This document shows positions 63,479 through 64,000 of a stretch of 64,000 nt of DNA, one piece after another. A program made the translations under genes and the position numbers. Location: the NCBI GenBank assembly GCA_001662655.1, contig KV460213.1, one strand, 5' to 3'. Under the pieces are notes generated by a model. The model searched no databases. It saw only the letters and a list, made by a program, of their open reading frames with translations, and was not told the DNA's origin. The stretch comes from Pseudogymnoascus verrucosus (lineage: Eukaryota). Within the stretch, counting starts at the first letter, position 1. Every line of letters starts with the position of its first letter.

Positions 63479-64000
63479 TCAGACGTGTCGAAGTTCCGCA
63501 ATCGCTTCCGTGGTAGCTGGTTTAGCACGCTTAACGATGTCACCCTTGGCTTCGGCTTCATTGAACGTGAGAACTGTAATATGGGTGCTATTGTCTGTGA
63601 CATGGTCTGTGAAGGCAACTCCGTTTGGAATGCTGATGAAATCTCCTGGCTCAAGAGTGATAATTCCCCGCTGTGTGATCACAGTGCGCGTACCGGAAAT
63701 CTGGCATTGGATCTCTTCGGCTCGACGATGGCGTCGATACTTTGGAGTACCAGTTGATTTCGATAATTCTGTATGCCCGATCCAGACATGCTTTGACTTA
63801 TACTTCCATTCGATGTCCCCCTTCGATGCCTCCGTTGGTCGTAGGATAGATATGAGCTTGTCCTCAGGAAGACCCTTTGCATGATTTAGGAGTAGCGTCT
63901 CATCAACCTGGAAGGAAGCAATGTCACATTCTGGTCCGCCCAAACATTCCGTCATGACCTCAGCGACCACTTTGCTCTCCCATCCCTCAAATGGGGGAAT
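63479..64000 (-). CDS. Cupin-fold protein (homogentisate-dioxygenase-like), 5' end beyond window
   Basis: C-terminal cupin motif HRRAEEIQCQISG...LEPGDFISIPNGVAF; lies within the aromatic cluster. Confidence 0.55.
   Translation of the reverse strand: MPPFEGWESKVVAEVMTECLGGPECDIASFQVDETLLLNHAKGLPEDKLISILRPTEASKGDIEWKYKSKHVWIGHTELSKSTGTPKYRRHRRAEEIQCQISGTRTVITQRGIITLEPGDFISIPNGVAFTDHVTDNSTHITVLTFNEAEAKGDIVKRAKPATTEAIAELRHV

Overview
Intron-rich genomic DNA from a filamentous ascomycete (Pezizomycotina; possibly a Leotiomycete, tentative), in three parts. (1) 1-30.5 kb holds conserved core genes: a Yap-like bZIP factor, EPT1/CPT1, gamma-COP, tRNA-Glu(TTC), casein kinase I, a Tea1/Kel1 kelch protein, an LRR protein, an orphan membrane protein, phosducin-like PLP2, RPS27 and an RNR inhibitor. 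(2) 31.1-45.6 kb is the main finding: a ~14.4 kb insertion that splits a 5S rRNA gene. The 3' half lies at 31096-31158 and the 5' half at 45552-45612, both on the minus strand, and they rejoin to 119 nt across a CAAGC direct repeat. The insert has imperfect terminal inverted repeats, inverted subterminal GGTGAG arrays and a ~200-bp inverted subterminal block. It carries cargo (WSC protein, FunK1 kinase relic, killer-toxin-like LysM/GH18 chitinase pseudogene with a divergent secreted-protein pseudogene, 2EXR protein) but no visible tyrosine-recombinase captain, so it looks like a miniature non-autonomous Starship-like element targeting 5S. A third copy of the subterminal block at ~48.7-49.0 kb brackets a glycine-rich-domain gene. 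(3) 50-64 kb is an aromatic (gentisate-pathway) catabolic cluster: Zn2Cys6 TF, decayed ALDH, ADH, FAH-family hydrolase, FAD monooxygenase, gentisate 1,2-dioxygenase, dienelactone hydrolase and a cupin. Exon boundaries were read by eye and are approximate; no database searches were run.
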